NCBI RefSeq assembly: GCF_022539665.2
Contig: NC_081333.1
Coordinates: 11,036,001 to 11,100,000, forward strand
DNA from: Daphnia carinata
Lineage: Eukaryota
Direction of reading: 5' to 3'
Length of the DNA: 64,000 nt
Below the pieces are notes generated by a model, which searched no databases, was not told where the DNA came from, and was given only the letters and a program-made list of their open reading frames with translations. This document shows positions 38,301 through 53,149 of the stretch, piece by piece (position 1 is the first letter of the stretch; each line of letters begins with the position of its first letter). The translations under genes were made by a program, and so were the position numbers.

Positions 38301-40421
38301 TCCCATTCCCGCTGGTTAAGCTGCTCAGCTGGGGCATTAATTGACATGCAACACACTTTATCAACTGGAGCCAAACTCTTTTTTCCAGTTTTTTCGTCAA
38401 AATGGTCCCCAACGATTGACATGGAGGCATCTGAAACTGTTTTAAGATTCGTCGATGAAGGCGAACAAGCCGTTTTTGCTAGACAAACAGCTGCTTTGCC
38501 CTGTTCGGCCTCTAAATGTGATGGTGGCACAACGCCCTCTTCTAAACACTCCAGGGGTAATGTGTCAGATTGGTCCTCCATGCTGTCCATTTCGCCATTT
38601 TCTAGAATAAAGCAATTTCGGGAGCTGGACCCATTTAAACGTAAGACATTAGAATGTACCAGATTTGTCAGCTTCCATATGGGCAGACTTTTCTACTTCA
38701 TTGATGTGTGAACATTCTGAAAAAAGAGCGCAAAAGATAAACATATATTATAACTCAAGAGAGGTTTAACTACCTGTATGGCTGTTTGAAATATCCAATG
38801 GCGTAGTATGGTCTGCCCCTATAGTATTTTTGTCTTCCACAACTGGAATCGAAAAAAAATAAGACGTATTAGAAGGGAAATAGAAGAATATACAAAAACA
38901 AAAAAATAAAAATAAAGGATGAATACCGTTTTCCTCGTCCATAGGGTCTGCACGAGCGGTACTACCAACAGTGTTTGCTAGTGGACCATTGGGATTGACG
39001 ACTGGGAAAGGATTTTCCTTTTCGGCATCGTTACTCGATGCAGTATGTGAATCTTGTAGACTTACTATAATGTTAACAGGGGAATTTCACTAAAAAAAAA
39101 AAAAAAACTACGCTTTTCCAATTTTAGTCAATTTACCTTCTTCCTGAATTTGCTTTTCGTATTTAAACCGAAGCTGTTTACAAATTTCATCGGGCGGGTT
39201 TACGCTCTGTGAGCACTGCGCTTCGAGTTCCATTTCGTCTTCTGTTGTTGAGTTTGATGGAAGACCACTGTTCTCTGCAGCTGTGCTTGCCTTATCGGGT
39301 GACACAAGATTAACAACTTCTACTGGTTCTGTGTGATCCACGGAACTGTTAATGCTTTGCCTATCGAATTCAATATCAAGAGCAACTGTTGCGGCAGAAT
39401 CGCTACGAGGAACATCGAAGTTATTTTTCTCTTGAACAAGTGCACCAGTTTGGTCTTCTGGGTCTTCGAATACCTCTTCGTCTGTGACAGCCTCATTCAA
39501 TGACGTAGGCTTAGGGTTAGTGCTTGAAACTTCTTCCATGTTGCCACCCTGTTGACTAATTAACGCAACAGGTTCTCCGGTATCATTGATGATTTCATCA
39601 GAGCCAAACTACACCCAAAATATAGTATTAATCAATTGTAAAACTCAAGAAACATCTAAGAATGCTTACATGCTCCCTGTTTCCTAAAATGGTATTTTTA
39701 GAAGCGCATCTGCTACTCTCTTTTGATTTTTCTCTAGATTTTTTCTTCTTCCTTTCGTGCCTTTTAACTCTCTTTTGGGAATGTGTGCTTTGATGTTCAG
39801 ATGAAGAAAAACCACTTCCACCCGTTTCAGAGCGATGTTCTGGCTTCGTCGACTTAAATTTTTCTTTTTCTAACTTCTTTTTTAGTTTCCCTTTTTCCTT
39901 GTCATTTTCTGGCATTTTTGATTTTTGATCTTGTATTGCCTTTATCTCTGTTTGAAGATGTTTTGCTTTTTTCTTTTGAAAATCAGATTCAACGCTTTCA
40001 TCTCTTCGAAGTTTTTTGGGTGTTTCATAGACAGCATCAGCTTCCGTAAATGCATCTTCTAGAGATGCTTTTCTTTTCAGACAAGTTGGTACACCACCTG
40101 GAATTAATACAAATTTGTTATTTGGGTTATTATAAAAATAAAAATAAAACAATTGAATTTTAGTCCACAACCATACATTAAATCAAGCATCCAAAGATTA
40201 CTACCGATGAAGGTTTTACCTGAAAGATTTATTTTTAAATTGAGGGAGGTTGAACTGTGATCTCTAGGATCAGGGGATTTTTTGACAATTTGATATCTCT
40301 GCATTGCATCTCGGTCTCTATTAGTTGTGTAATCTGGTAATGTGGTGCTGGAACATTTTTCAATTTTCTTTAAGATAACAACTGGTTCTGAATTTAACTG
40401 GTGCAATGCCGCTTTCAGCAT
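35384..40421 (-). CDS. Large coiled-coil / Ser-Thr-rich / Gln-rich protein with C-terminal MYND zinc finger (~1500 aa)
   Basis: Probable exons 40421-40219, 40098-39670, 39608-39137, ~39065-38928, ~38843-38774, 38717-35510, 35431-35384. Spliced MYND finger CLKCGQEAQQKCSGCQTTFYCSRDCQ|VAHWDEHGKTC. An alternative last exon 35265-35221 is possible. Confidence 0.82.
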
Positions 40422-43400
40422 AGTAGACTGCTACCCTACAAAAGCAAGAAACATCCAGACTATTGTGAGTACACATCAATATGTCATACTCTAATAAAAT
40501 TATATTAATGACTAGGATAAGTTATCAATGTTTTGGATTCAATGGAATTTTTAAGACAAGAAAGTACACACCCTGTCAAGGCATAGTTTGATATGTTAAC
40601 AAATATCTGGCTTTGTTTATAATTAAATTTTTTACTTATTGTTTATTACACACATTGTTTCTTGGGAAGAAAATTTTAAATATTTGCAATCTAACAGTCA
40701 TACACTTGAGGAATAATACCTGTGCAGCCAGCAATTGTTTAAAATATTTCATCACTTTTAGTTTTAAACAAGTCACAACCAATACCACCTTCTAACATAC
40801 ATTACAAGTAATATTACGCATTATCTTATCAGTTGCGGTGTATACCGGAGATGGATATTTAAACGTTCCAAACCACTTAGAGCTATATCATAGTGAAGGC
40901 CATTTCTCGAAGAAATGACGATATTGCGTTAAACGCTTTACACTTTCACATAATAGAAGAATTTACCTCAAAACTCATGTAGACCTAAAAAAGTAGTTGT
41001 CTGAGTCCTTCTGGTAAATTATAAAACGGAGTGAAAAACGGAAGAAACGAAATGCGTTGAGTTTAACAAGATTTGGATCACCATATGCAATGCAAGTGAA
41101 GGTAGCTTTTTGCAGACATGTTTTCTAGTGATTATGAGGACAAGTAGCGACATCTCGCATTAAACAACTTTACTTGAATTGCTTTTCTTGCTTACCATGC
41201 TGAGAAAAACAATCTGAATTTTTCTTATTGTTGAATGATGGAATATGAATTGTTGGTTTCGGAAAACTATTATCCCGTTAAAAATGGGCCACACTAACAA
41301 CTTAAAGCGTACGAAATTAGAGGAGACGAGTTCAAGTTCCGAGGCGCAAAGGCAAACACAAACTGAGAATGCACTTGTAAGGGAAGTACTTCTTCACGTA
41401 TTCATTTTGTTCTACTCGAAAATCAATTAGCTACGGAAAGAACATTTACTGAACGCTCGCACTTCCTTTCTTAACGACTATGAGGAGCAAACGTAGCACC
41501 CACAGATAGCAACTAGCAAACTGAATCATAGGGAAAGGTGTTCCGAAATATCCACTTCTGATGAAACTCAGTTGTACACGATGGGAGGAACTGCTGAATA
41601 AATAAGTTTGAGCTGCTGTATCGATCTCAAATGGCCCGAAACGAAATAATAACACTGTCGCCAAGGGAGGGGCGAAACGGGAATAAAAAAAGAAGTAACG
41701 AAATGCGCATTATATTTTGCGTCTTTTGTCAAGTGTACTCTACACGTTGTCGTTCAGTATGAATAGGAAATAAGAAATCCAAATTTTCAAAACTCCACTT
41801 ACGATATGTTAGGTCATTTTGGGCGGTTAGCCAATCCAAACACAATCTTTAGCTGTGGCCCCTGGTAACATTATCGTTAAAGAGCTATGGAAATTTTACG
41901 AGGAAGCTCGAAAATCTTTTCGATTATTGACGAATTGCATGCTACAAAATTAACTGATCGGCCTTGAGTTATTCGAACTACCAGGTTTTCCAGTGAAGGT
42001 TTTTTTTTAACGCCACTCACACATACACATGCCTTTTGTTTCTAGCCGAACGATGGTGCCAGACGATTGGTAAACTGGTTTCACTGCCATTAACTTACTG
42101 CTGCTGATTTCCACAACGCTCAGGAACGAACTGTGACTATAAAGAGATTCAGGAGTGTACTAACAGGTGTAACTTGAATACACAGCCGGTTTTACTGTAA
42201 AAGTGAAACTCTCTAGTGCACGCCCAATCCTTCACTCATTTCGTGTATCGAAATGCTACGCAATGTTTTCAATTTTTTAAATATTTTTTCGTACGTTCAC
42301 AGAATCAATTCTGGCATATCGTTGCCCTATCAAGCAAAGATATGACACGTCAGCTACCTTGTTTTGAGCAATCGCATGACCTAAAGGAGCTATAAAGAAC
42401 CATTTTCAACTGAGCGTTACATATATGATCTCGTACATCATACATGCTATCGTATATCATACCCCGTGTTCTGATGGGTTGCTATCTCACCATAGAATTG
42501 TAGACATACATTCTTTACTCGATAATTGGAAGATTAAAGAGCAGTTTAGCCATTTACAATGCAATTTCTTGATTAGCTGTTACTGGTAATTTTTTATTTT
42601 TTACAGTATACTTTAATTACAGAGGACGCCAATCCTTGGTCCCAAACGGAAGATTTCATTAGTGTTTGCAAAAATAATAAAATTTTGCGGAGCAACATTT
42701 TGACAAAATAAAAAAAGGAAGCCTGTATAAAGATAACAGAGCATGATTCAAAATAAAACCTCTTTGAAGGAATTTATTATCAAAACATCTTTGGAAACAT
42801 AACATTTCGTATAAATTCAAAACAAATAATTGAGCCTGTCGTATTATAATTAAATATTTTTCAAAATAGTTTCTTCTATAATAATTTTGCATATTTCTAA
42901 CAGTTTTTTTGTTTGCCCAGTTTTTACATTGACATGGGTAGTGATTTTCAGTTGGCTTAATGGCGGCGTGTGGTAGGCGTTCTGCAATGTTTCTCTGTAA
43001 ACGTGGTAGGAATTTTTCAATGATTTTTTCTCTTGTTCAACGTGTATAAGATTTGTACAGAAAAGAAACTGTTGCGGCACTTGATTTGAATTTTTTTCTT
43101 GCTACACCATGTAAAATCAGCAGAAATGTCGGAATGCGGGGAACTTGTTTGCTAAATTAAATCGCATATATGAATAAAACTGTATTTGAGTTAACTCCTT
43201 TGAAGGGAAAAAACGGTTTTAATAACCATTTAAATGATTAAAACGTATATCTCATGATGTAAATCCGTTGAAACGAGCAGACGAAATCGTCGCATTTCAG
43301 CTACTGAAACCAGTATAGCAAAACACCTAGGATTGTTCGCTCACAACAGCGCGCCTAGTGGCAAATTTTTCACCCACTGTTTACTACACTGTGCTAATCT

Positions 43401-46400
43401 TACACTTCCCATTTCATGGCATTGCTATATCTTTGATTATAGTTTGTCCATATATATCCACCATCGTATTCACAATATATATTTTTATTGTATTTATTTA
43501 AAAAAAAAATTTGAGAAAATTTATTGTGAAATTTTGGTCAACATAATGACTCGACCCCTATAACTAAAATATTTTAAAATAATTTCTGTTTATACGATAT
43601 CATTTTCTTATGTTTTGATATGTACTCTATCATTTTTGCAGGTTTCCTCTGATGCAAATGTCGCCAAATTAATTTTTACCAACACTTTCTACCTTTATAA
43701 TATAATGAAATGGGATCAAATGATCCAACTTTCATTATATTATACATTGGTAATAGCGTTGGTGAAATTTCTACGAATGCTCTACGAGATCCAACTTCAT
43801 CAAAATTGAAAGAAAACTTTTCTGTCAGAAACTTCATTAAGCTAAACTTAAAAACTGAACTGAATGCGTGGGATAAATCATTTAAAATTTCTAAGTGAAA
43901 TTGAAATTCATCATAAAGGAATATTAAATTATTGTGATTTTTTTTTCAGAACAAAGTTCTTTTGGGTTTCTGCAAAAAAATACTCAGTTTGTAATTTTTT
44001 AAGAATTCTTTGCTGAATTCTAGAAATGAGCTGCAATGAATGGAAATAAAAACATTTTTCATAACATTCATAATCATAAAAACATTGTTTCATGATTATC
44101 TATTTGATAAATTACTTTGTCCATTAGGGTCAAAGAACAAAATTTAGAAATCGTTGGGGTTAATTGTTAAATATTTCTAAATTAAACAAACCTTTTAATT
44201 TATAAAGAATAAATGTTTGTAGATTTTATTGTGGTCTTATATTTTTGTTTGTGCCTTGGTTTGGTTTTTCAGTGTACGACTTTTTTTACTTTGTAGTTTT
44301 TACAACAACATTTATTTTAAAAATACAGAAATTCACTTTTACTTTTCTCTAAAAATAATTCCAGCGCGAGACACTTGAAATAACAAAAAAATTAAAACCG
44401 TAAAAGAAAATGTTTTAAAGAAGAATTCAAGAGAGAGGAAGAGATCAATAACATAGAAATTAAAAAATTTTGTCTGAAAAAATGCTACGAATAATGCATG
44501 AATGAATGTATGTAAGTCGCAGATATAACACGTAGCGTTGTGTGAGCACAGCAAAAAATTTTAAACGAAAATCATTTGGTTTTCAAATTTTTAAGCATCA
44601 GCGTATTTTAAAAAAATTAGTTTATCAACTCAAAGTAGAAACATTTTATAAATGTGGTTTAAATTAAATTGAAACTAGCATTTAGCAGTTAAGTAGGATA
44701 CATAATGAAGTGATCAATTTTAAGTTTTCTATGAAACAAAAGCATTTGTAAAAACATGAACAGCTTTACCTAAGTCTGTAGCAAAAAGATTGTTTAAAAA
44801 TTAACAACAAATGTAAAAAATTGTCGTGCTAGTTACATTAAGATTCTAGAATAAAATAGTTCAAATTTGGAATTGTGTGTTATTTTTTTCGTTATTAGCT
44901 GAAATTCACTTCCATGGATAAAAAACAGTTTTGGTTTTCAGTAAAAAATTGTTGTGAACAAATCTTTTAGGAAAACGTTTAATTAGGCTTGAAAGAAAGC
45001 TTTCATTTCTTTTATATTCATTTGAAAGATTCTTCCTGTAGACATTCAATGTTTAATATAGGTATTAAAAAATTTAACTGTTTCGTTTGATTTTTAAAAA
45101 TAACTTTTAGTAAAATTCTTTACACTGCAAACTGTTAAAAAAAAACCTTAGAAACAATGGTTTTTAAAATTGCAAGTTCGTTCAATTGCTTTTAGGTAAT
45201 AAATAAGTTCTTGGAAAAATTTTACTAACTGTATTACGTACCTTATCAGTGAATTTAACTGCTCAAAAATTCTCGTTATTGAATCTTAATCATGCAAAAT
45301 TTAATCGTGATTAGCAAACAAGAATTTCCAAATATGTTTTGCCAAATTTTTCGCTTTCTTAATAATAAAATTAATAGCCCTCAGGTTGTTTGATTTCTTA
45401 GAAATTGCTAATTTTTTATTAAAAATTGAATATATTATTAGCAAAAGAACAAAAGTAGTTAAAAATCGAAACGAAACTGATGTCTTTCAACGATAGAGAA
45501 TTTCAAAGAAACAGAAAAACTGCAAAAAAAAATTAAGTATTGGTATATAATTTTACAAAGAAACTTCTTAGCAATTCTAAAATACCTCGCAAAATATTTG
45601 TTAAATGAAGAATAATAAAGTTCGAAAAGAATAACTTCAATTGTTTCGCATTTTTTTCAGTTAGAGTTTGTATACTGATGTTTTGAACAAATTTAATTTG
45701 GGTAAGCTAAATAACTGTTAAGGACAACAGTTATTAAGTATTAAACGTTAAATGTAACGCTTCATTGAATAAATTCCATTCCTTTACAATACCATTAATT
45801 TAGTTAGTAATGAAGATTCATCGTATTTTATCCAGGAAAATTAAACGATTTTCTTTAGATGAAAGTTTTACCCATTGTCTGTCTGGAGGAATCTAACATT
45901 TTTAGGTTAAGAAGAAGTGGGAATAAAAATACTTAAAATTTTGAAATACTTTCCGTTAGAATTTTAAGGTAGAAAGGAATATTGGAAGAAATAGTTAAAT
46001 CGGTTGCACTAAAGATATTTGTTAATAATAGTGGAGACAGCTACCAGTAAAATTTTTCTTTTTTTTTGCCACAATTCTGTATTATTCGTTGAATCCGAAG
46101 AAAATTTTGTTCCTGCAAAATGCATCACTGCTGTAAAAATAAGTTACCTTTTCAAAACGATTTCATTCTCATTCTTTCCATTGCTTTGTAATTCCAATAA
46201 CATTATTGGAAACAAAATAGTTGAAAGGAACTAACAAAAACAGTTATTCGTAAAATTCATTTTCAAGTATAGCATGGAACAAAATTCTCCAGAAGTTCTT
46301 GTGTGAAAAACCGCTTTCGAGGCAGAATTTTCTTTGCGTGTTACGCTTATGATTACAAATTTGCTGCCAAAGTGTCTGAACAAACGCATTACAATTTTTA

Positions 46401-47742
46401 AAAATTTTTAATTTACTCGTTCTTGTGGAAAACATTTTTACATAAAGAAATAAACAAATATTTCATTGTTTTTTATTTCTTTGCCAAATTTTTTAGTATC
46501 AGAAATTATTTGCAAACTGACACAAAAATTGTCTTCAGTTTTCAGCTGTTTACTTTTTCAGATTTTTTTGAATTTTTTGTGCATGAGAAAAAAAGGAACT
46601 AAAGCCCCTATTAATAATTTTTAGGTATATTTTTTATGTTGGGTTCAAATTTCAAATCATGCAATTGAACGACACATACAATGCATATCTTTGGCAAAAA
46701 GAGTTTTAGACAAAAAAAATGTGCATAAACTGGTGTTTTCCAGAAATTTTTGTGTATTAACCAACTGTGGGGCTTGAGAGGTTTTTCTTTTACTTAGTAT
46801 CAGTTACTTAGGTATAAAACGGAATCACGCAAACTGGGTGCTGAAAATAAGTTATTAATTTTTATATATTTGAAAATTTGATATAGAGTTTCCGCAATAT
46901 TTAAGACAGAATAACACCGGAAACCAAAAGGTGGAATGCCTTCATCACGGAAATGCGAATGTCTACTATAATCATTATTTTCTTTTATAGGGTTGTGGTT
47001 TTCAAGTCATGGAATTCGCCACGCAGAAAATGTCTTATCTATAGACAAAACTTGCATATTATAACACACAAAAATACAAAGTTGTCGGTTTTTGCTCATT
47101 ATGTAGCATGGGACTGCCAAACTTCCTTATTAGGTAATTGTTGGCCAAAAACTTTCTATGCAAAAACCTATACTCCGAATTTTTTTTTAAATTTATCTTG
47201 TTGAAAAATATACTTTGTCGCTTAAAAATTTTCGAGTTGTCTTTTTTTTTAATTTAAATTTTGTATTAAGTTAACGCACATCGAAAAAAGACATTATTTG
47301 TTCGATAAAATAACTTATTGCATCGCAGATGTAGACATACTAAGAAAATTATGAAAATATACCAGAATTAGGAAAGCCACTTAAAGTTTAAAAAATCTCT
47401 AAATCAAATTATGCGGAAAGAATTTGAAAAAAAACATCTTTGCTAATTGGGAAGTAGTAAATTTTCTTGTACGAATCGTATAACAGGACGATTGACTAGG
47501 TGAGTTTGAAATTTCGACTAATAAATTTTAGGAGAAAGTAAATTGTAGTTCAGTTCCGTTTCATCAGTTTTGGTTTTTAACGGACTAAAATAGCAAATAT
47601 TTAGCAAAAAAATTGGATACATAAAAAAATTTAATATTTCAGATGGTATCTGATAATCCGTGCATTTGATTCTTAAAACACAATATTATACGCCCATCTA
47701 TTAGTTTAAAGAATTATAGTGTTAAAAAATTTCCCACCCAAG

Positions 47743-48110
47743 TTATGTGGTAAATGTTTTCAAGTCATAGAATTGCGCTTCGCAAAGTTCCGGAATTTTT
47801 CATGTTTAATTTCATCATATTAAAAGCATTTGGTGAGAAATGGACTGGAGTATATCTGCGTATTTCGTAGGGACGGGTTATTCGTTCATTTATGTGGAAA
47901 CAGTTTTCAAGTCATAGAATTGCGCCTCGCAAAATTCCAGAATTTGTCGTGTTTAATTTCATCATATAAAAAGCATTTAGTGAGAAATGGGCTGGATTAT
48001 ATCGGCTTTTTTCGTAGGGGACGGTATTCGTTCACTTATGTGGAAGCAGTTTTCAAGTCATAGAATTTCGTCTCGCAAAATTTCAAATATTGTAAGATTA
48101 ATTTCATTAT
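47743..48110 (+). repeat. Tandem repeat, ~147-bp unit, 2.5 copies
   Basis: Units start TTATGTGG at 47743, 47890 and 48036; core GTTTTCAAGTCATAGAATT also at 46998 (variant), 48455 and 48634. Confidence 0.88.
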
Positions 48111-49900
48111 CTAACAAGATGGGTATGGTAAAATAAGATTGACATTTTCCGATTGATATCAACTGCACATAGAGAAATATTGTGTCCATAAAAAGAAAGG
48201 GGGAACAAAATAATTAAAAAAGCGCTGGCAATTGTATGTATCTATTAAAAGTGAGTAACATTCAATGAATTTGCGACACACGAAATTTTTAGCTATTCAG
48301 CTTGTACTCTGAAACAATAGTACAAGAAAAATACTGCGCAGTTCTGGTTACCTAGAAAATGTAGTTTTTTTTTAAACGCCACAACGTCATCATACATTTT
48401 TTCGTCTGAAGAAAATAGTGATTGAAAATTTTTTAAAATTATTATGTGGTAACAGTTTTCAAGTCATAGAATTAATCCTCGCAAATGTGAGTATTTCCGA
48501 TAATTTATTCTTTATCGTAATTAAAGAAAAAAGAATAGCAACATCGTTTGCAATCCAGGGAAGTATATTTAATTGTTAGGGAAGTCAAAATGTTAAAGTG
48601 TCAAAAATTCTGTGTATCTTCAATAAGGTTATGGTTTTCAAGTCATAGAATTTGCCACGCACAAAATTTACAGGTTCAGCTTGTATTCTGAATTTATCGT
48701 ACAGGAAAAAAATACCTTTCTGTTCATAATTTAGTAGGTGGCAGACAAGTGTCACCAAAAATTACACACCGAAATATTTTAATAATGGTAGCCAGTGTGC
48801 TTTTAAAGTAGAATATATTTTTTTTAACTTAAAAAAATACCGAGTTCTCATGCGACAAACTTTGGCATAAATAATTTTTTTCAAATAATAAACGATTAAA
48901 TTTTGCGGTAGCGTTATTATTATGAGCTATATTTGATACAATTATCTTGATAATCTAAAATACAAATATTAAAAAATTGGCAATTAATTAAATTTATTTA
49001 ACACAACTTTGTGGTGCGAAAGTTCAACAAAAGGACTTACATCAAAGCATTTAAACTGCTGCATTTAAGGTAACACATCGGAAAGTGTTACAACTTTTTA
49101 TGTAATTTTTCTTATTTTTCCACTTTAAAAATTTAAGCATCCAAGAGAAGTTTTTACTTTGAACTTTATTTTCGAAATTTTACTCAAGGTCTGCTTTCAC
49201 AGCCAACATAGGATTAAGTATCAAAAAAGGGAAGGGGCAACATTCGCAACGTAATTTACGGCTCGGAAGTTCAAACAAAGTGAGTAAAAATATTGAAGAA
49301 ACAATTTCAGCGACTTCAGGAAAAAAACGTTCACGAACGTAAGGAGTAATCATTTTGGGGTATATGGAGAAAATATCAACGTTGGCTATGAAAAAAATTA
49401 TTGAGAAAAAGGGCGAGTATTTGGAGCTCTGAAGAAAATTGTGAAAAAAATGTTTAGAATCGTGTTCTCTTAGAATTCAGGGACCCTTTCTAACAGAATG
49501 ATATTTAATGTGTTTGGCGATTCTTTTAATTATTGCAACCAGAAAAATACAAAAGCAGCAACCTAGGTAATTTGGTTCATTTTAAAGTTTGAATGGATTT
49601 ATTTTTGCATAAATTACGAAATATCAAAAAGTAATTTAGGAGAATGTTTTTGTTTTACCTGACATAAAAAAGGAACATTGAAATTTTTCAATTAGCGATG
49701 TGAGGACCTGCATTAAATACTTACTTTTTAAAATCATCTGGTTTTCTATACTTTTTTTTATCTATTTCTGTTCACTGGATGTCCAACATATCTAATACCT
49801 ATACCAAGATGTAACAGGGAGGGGGAGGGGGTTCACAAGAATTTAGGGCTATATGCACCATAAAATTGTGCCAACTATTTTAAGTTCATCTGGTTTTGAA

Positions 49901-50112
49901 CAGTGTATTTGATTTTGGCAAATCAAACCCGCAAATCAAATAGTTTGCGGATTTGGATTAGATTTTTGGATTATTCAAGGCAGCAAGAGTCCTAGAGTAA
50001 CCTAACCTCACCTAATCTAACCTAACCAATCCAATCTAAATCGGCAAAATATTTTATTTTATTTGAATTTGATTTCATTTGCGGATTTCAGCTGCCAAAA
50101 TCCCATACACTG
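49901..50112. mobile_element. hAT-like MITE, 212 bp, with internal degenerate (CCTAA)n
   Basis: TIR CAGTGTATTTGATTTTGGCA / TGCCAAAATCCCATACACTG (18/20); perfect 8-bp TSD GTTTTGAA (49893-49900, 50113-50120). Confidence 0.9.
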
Positions 50113-50837
50113 GTTTTGAAACACGATTCTCTTGTGATTAATGGCCCTGGAGATTACCGCTTAGCGAAAGCGGCTCAAATTAGTTAGCTTTGCAATGAAA
50201 TTTAAATAATTAACGCCATGCTAGATGCTCTTAATATTTTACTCTCATTATTTGTATTTTTGTTTTTTTTTTTATTTCAATTTTTAAAAAATTAACTAAG
50301 TAAAAAATTCACTGAAAATTGACTTTGGTTTTGATGTAGGATTGAATTTGAAGGGAATTCCCTTCGATTTTTTCACTTTTTTTTGCCCCCTCCCAAGAAA
50401 AAACATTAATTAACTAAGTATATGGGGTTTACATTCAAATTATTTACGGATTTGATGAGCAAACAAATACTGCTACGAATCAGCAGTATTACTATTTATT
50501 ATACAGCAGCGCGACGAAAAGTTCAAAATACCGTACCCTACTGTCGCGACGCCGAAATCAGGCTGGTTTACGTAAAAATACTGTTGTGTCGCCATCTGGG
50601 AACAGTATTTGAAAGCTATAATACTTCAGGAAGCAGACATCAATTTGGAATCCCCAAAAGTTGTCTGTTTATTTATGAAAGCTGTTGTATCATTAATAAG
50701 AAAACCAAAAAAACGTTTATAAAAAAAAAGATTAGTTAGAATTCTTCAGAATATCTTTTAAAACTTATGATCTGGTTTTAGTTGATCCACACCGCTTCCC
50801 AGTAATTCGTTCTTCTTTAGATACCTTTTAGAGTAAA

Positions 50838-51903
<1,066 letters not shown>

Positions 51904-52426
51904 TGTAAAATGTATGAACAATGTTTTACTTCTAGCAAACTGCCTTTTATTGTTAAAATCTCAACATAAATGACAATTCTACCACTCATATCTTTTGAAA
52001 GAAATTTAATTTTGACTATATATTTGTACGATACTTTTTAAGAGTACACAAACGTTTGGGCATGCGATTGAACAAAATTATTCTCGTGCAAAGTTCGATT
52101 CCCGATTTATAAAAAGGCGAGTATTTTATTTACATTTTATTGATGAATGAAGATATACGAAGATAAAAATAGATATTTGTATTTTATTGTTGAGCCCTAT
52201 TGTGGGTCGTGGACTGGAAAGTTGCGTGGTGGACCTTGCGGATTTTGGGCGCCCTGGGCGGTTTATGAAGTTCAACTAATCAAACTGTCTATTAGCGCAA
52301 CTTTAGATACAGAGCACTTCGTTCAGCAGTCGACAACATCACATGACAATTGGAATTACTCCATCTTTAACGTCAAGCTGTACAGACCGTCTTCTGATTT
52401 GTCTTTCAGTTTAATTACAGAAAAAA

Positions 52427-53149
52427 ATGCCATTTTGCGGTCCGAAGTGTTCTCTGTGTTGCACTATTGTTAGCATATGGGGGATCGTTCAATTGGTAAG
52501 GGATTCTATCATTACCAGGAACCATATTGTTTGCTCAAACAGTGTGTTAGTTCAGAAAAGTACATTCACTAAACTGGTGTTTCTTTAACTCCTTTTTCCA
52601 TATTGTGTACCCCTTAATTTTAGGTACTGATGGGTGTATTCTTTTACACGCACAGTGTAGCACTGGCTGAGGATCTGACTCTAAAGGAGCACTACAATAA
52701 TCTGGATGAATTTTACAAGGATGTTAATGCCAGCTATGAACAAGTAATTTAATCTTCTGAAAGAACAACAAACCCATACCTTCATGTGTTAAGCATTTTC
52801 TTAGTTCAATAGCAAGTATTGCATCTTTAAGCTTGGAAGGGGTGTGGCATTTATAGTCCTTCTAAAATAATACCATTTTCGCTAGTAAGTGCCTCTAAAA
52901 GGCAAAAAAAAAAATCATAAATGTGTGACACTTCACATGTCGAATCCTTTTACTATTTCTCTACATTTATTGAAATTTCAGTAAAGTTGATGGGCTTATT
53001 TGGGAGCTGTTGAGATTATTAACAATCAATATTTTCTTTCATTGCAGAATGCATACAATTGCTGGATAGCTGCACTTATTTACTTGGTGACATTGTGTGT
53101 CTCAGTTCACCAATTTTGGCTAAACAACCGGGTCTCTTATCAAGTCTAA
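52427..53149 (+). CDS. RNASEK: Ribonuclease kappa / V-ATPase subunit f (96 aa, two TM segments); missed by the ORF track
   Basis: Exons 52427-52495, 52624-52743, 53048-53149: MPFCGPKCSLCCTIVSIWGIVQL-VLMGVFFYTHSVALAEDL..YEQ-NAYNCWIAALIYLVTLCVSVHQFWLNNRVSYQV*. Confidence 0.93.

Noticed and set aside
35826..38711. Alternative-frame and antisense ORFs overlapping the MYND exon
   Set aside because: Shadow ORFs of a long coding exon.
46998..48652. Direct repeats with spacers resembling a CRISPR array
   Set aside because: Eukaryotic context, irregular spacing (146-760 bp), spacers in the tandem part are themselves repeats, no cas genes.
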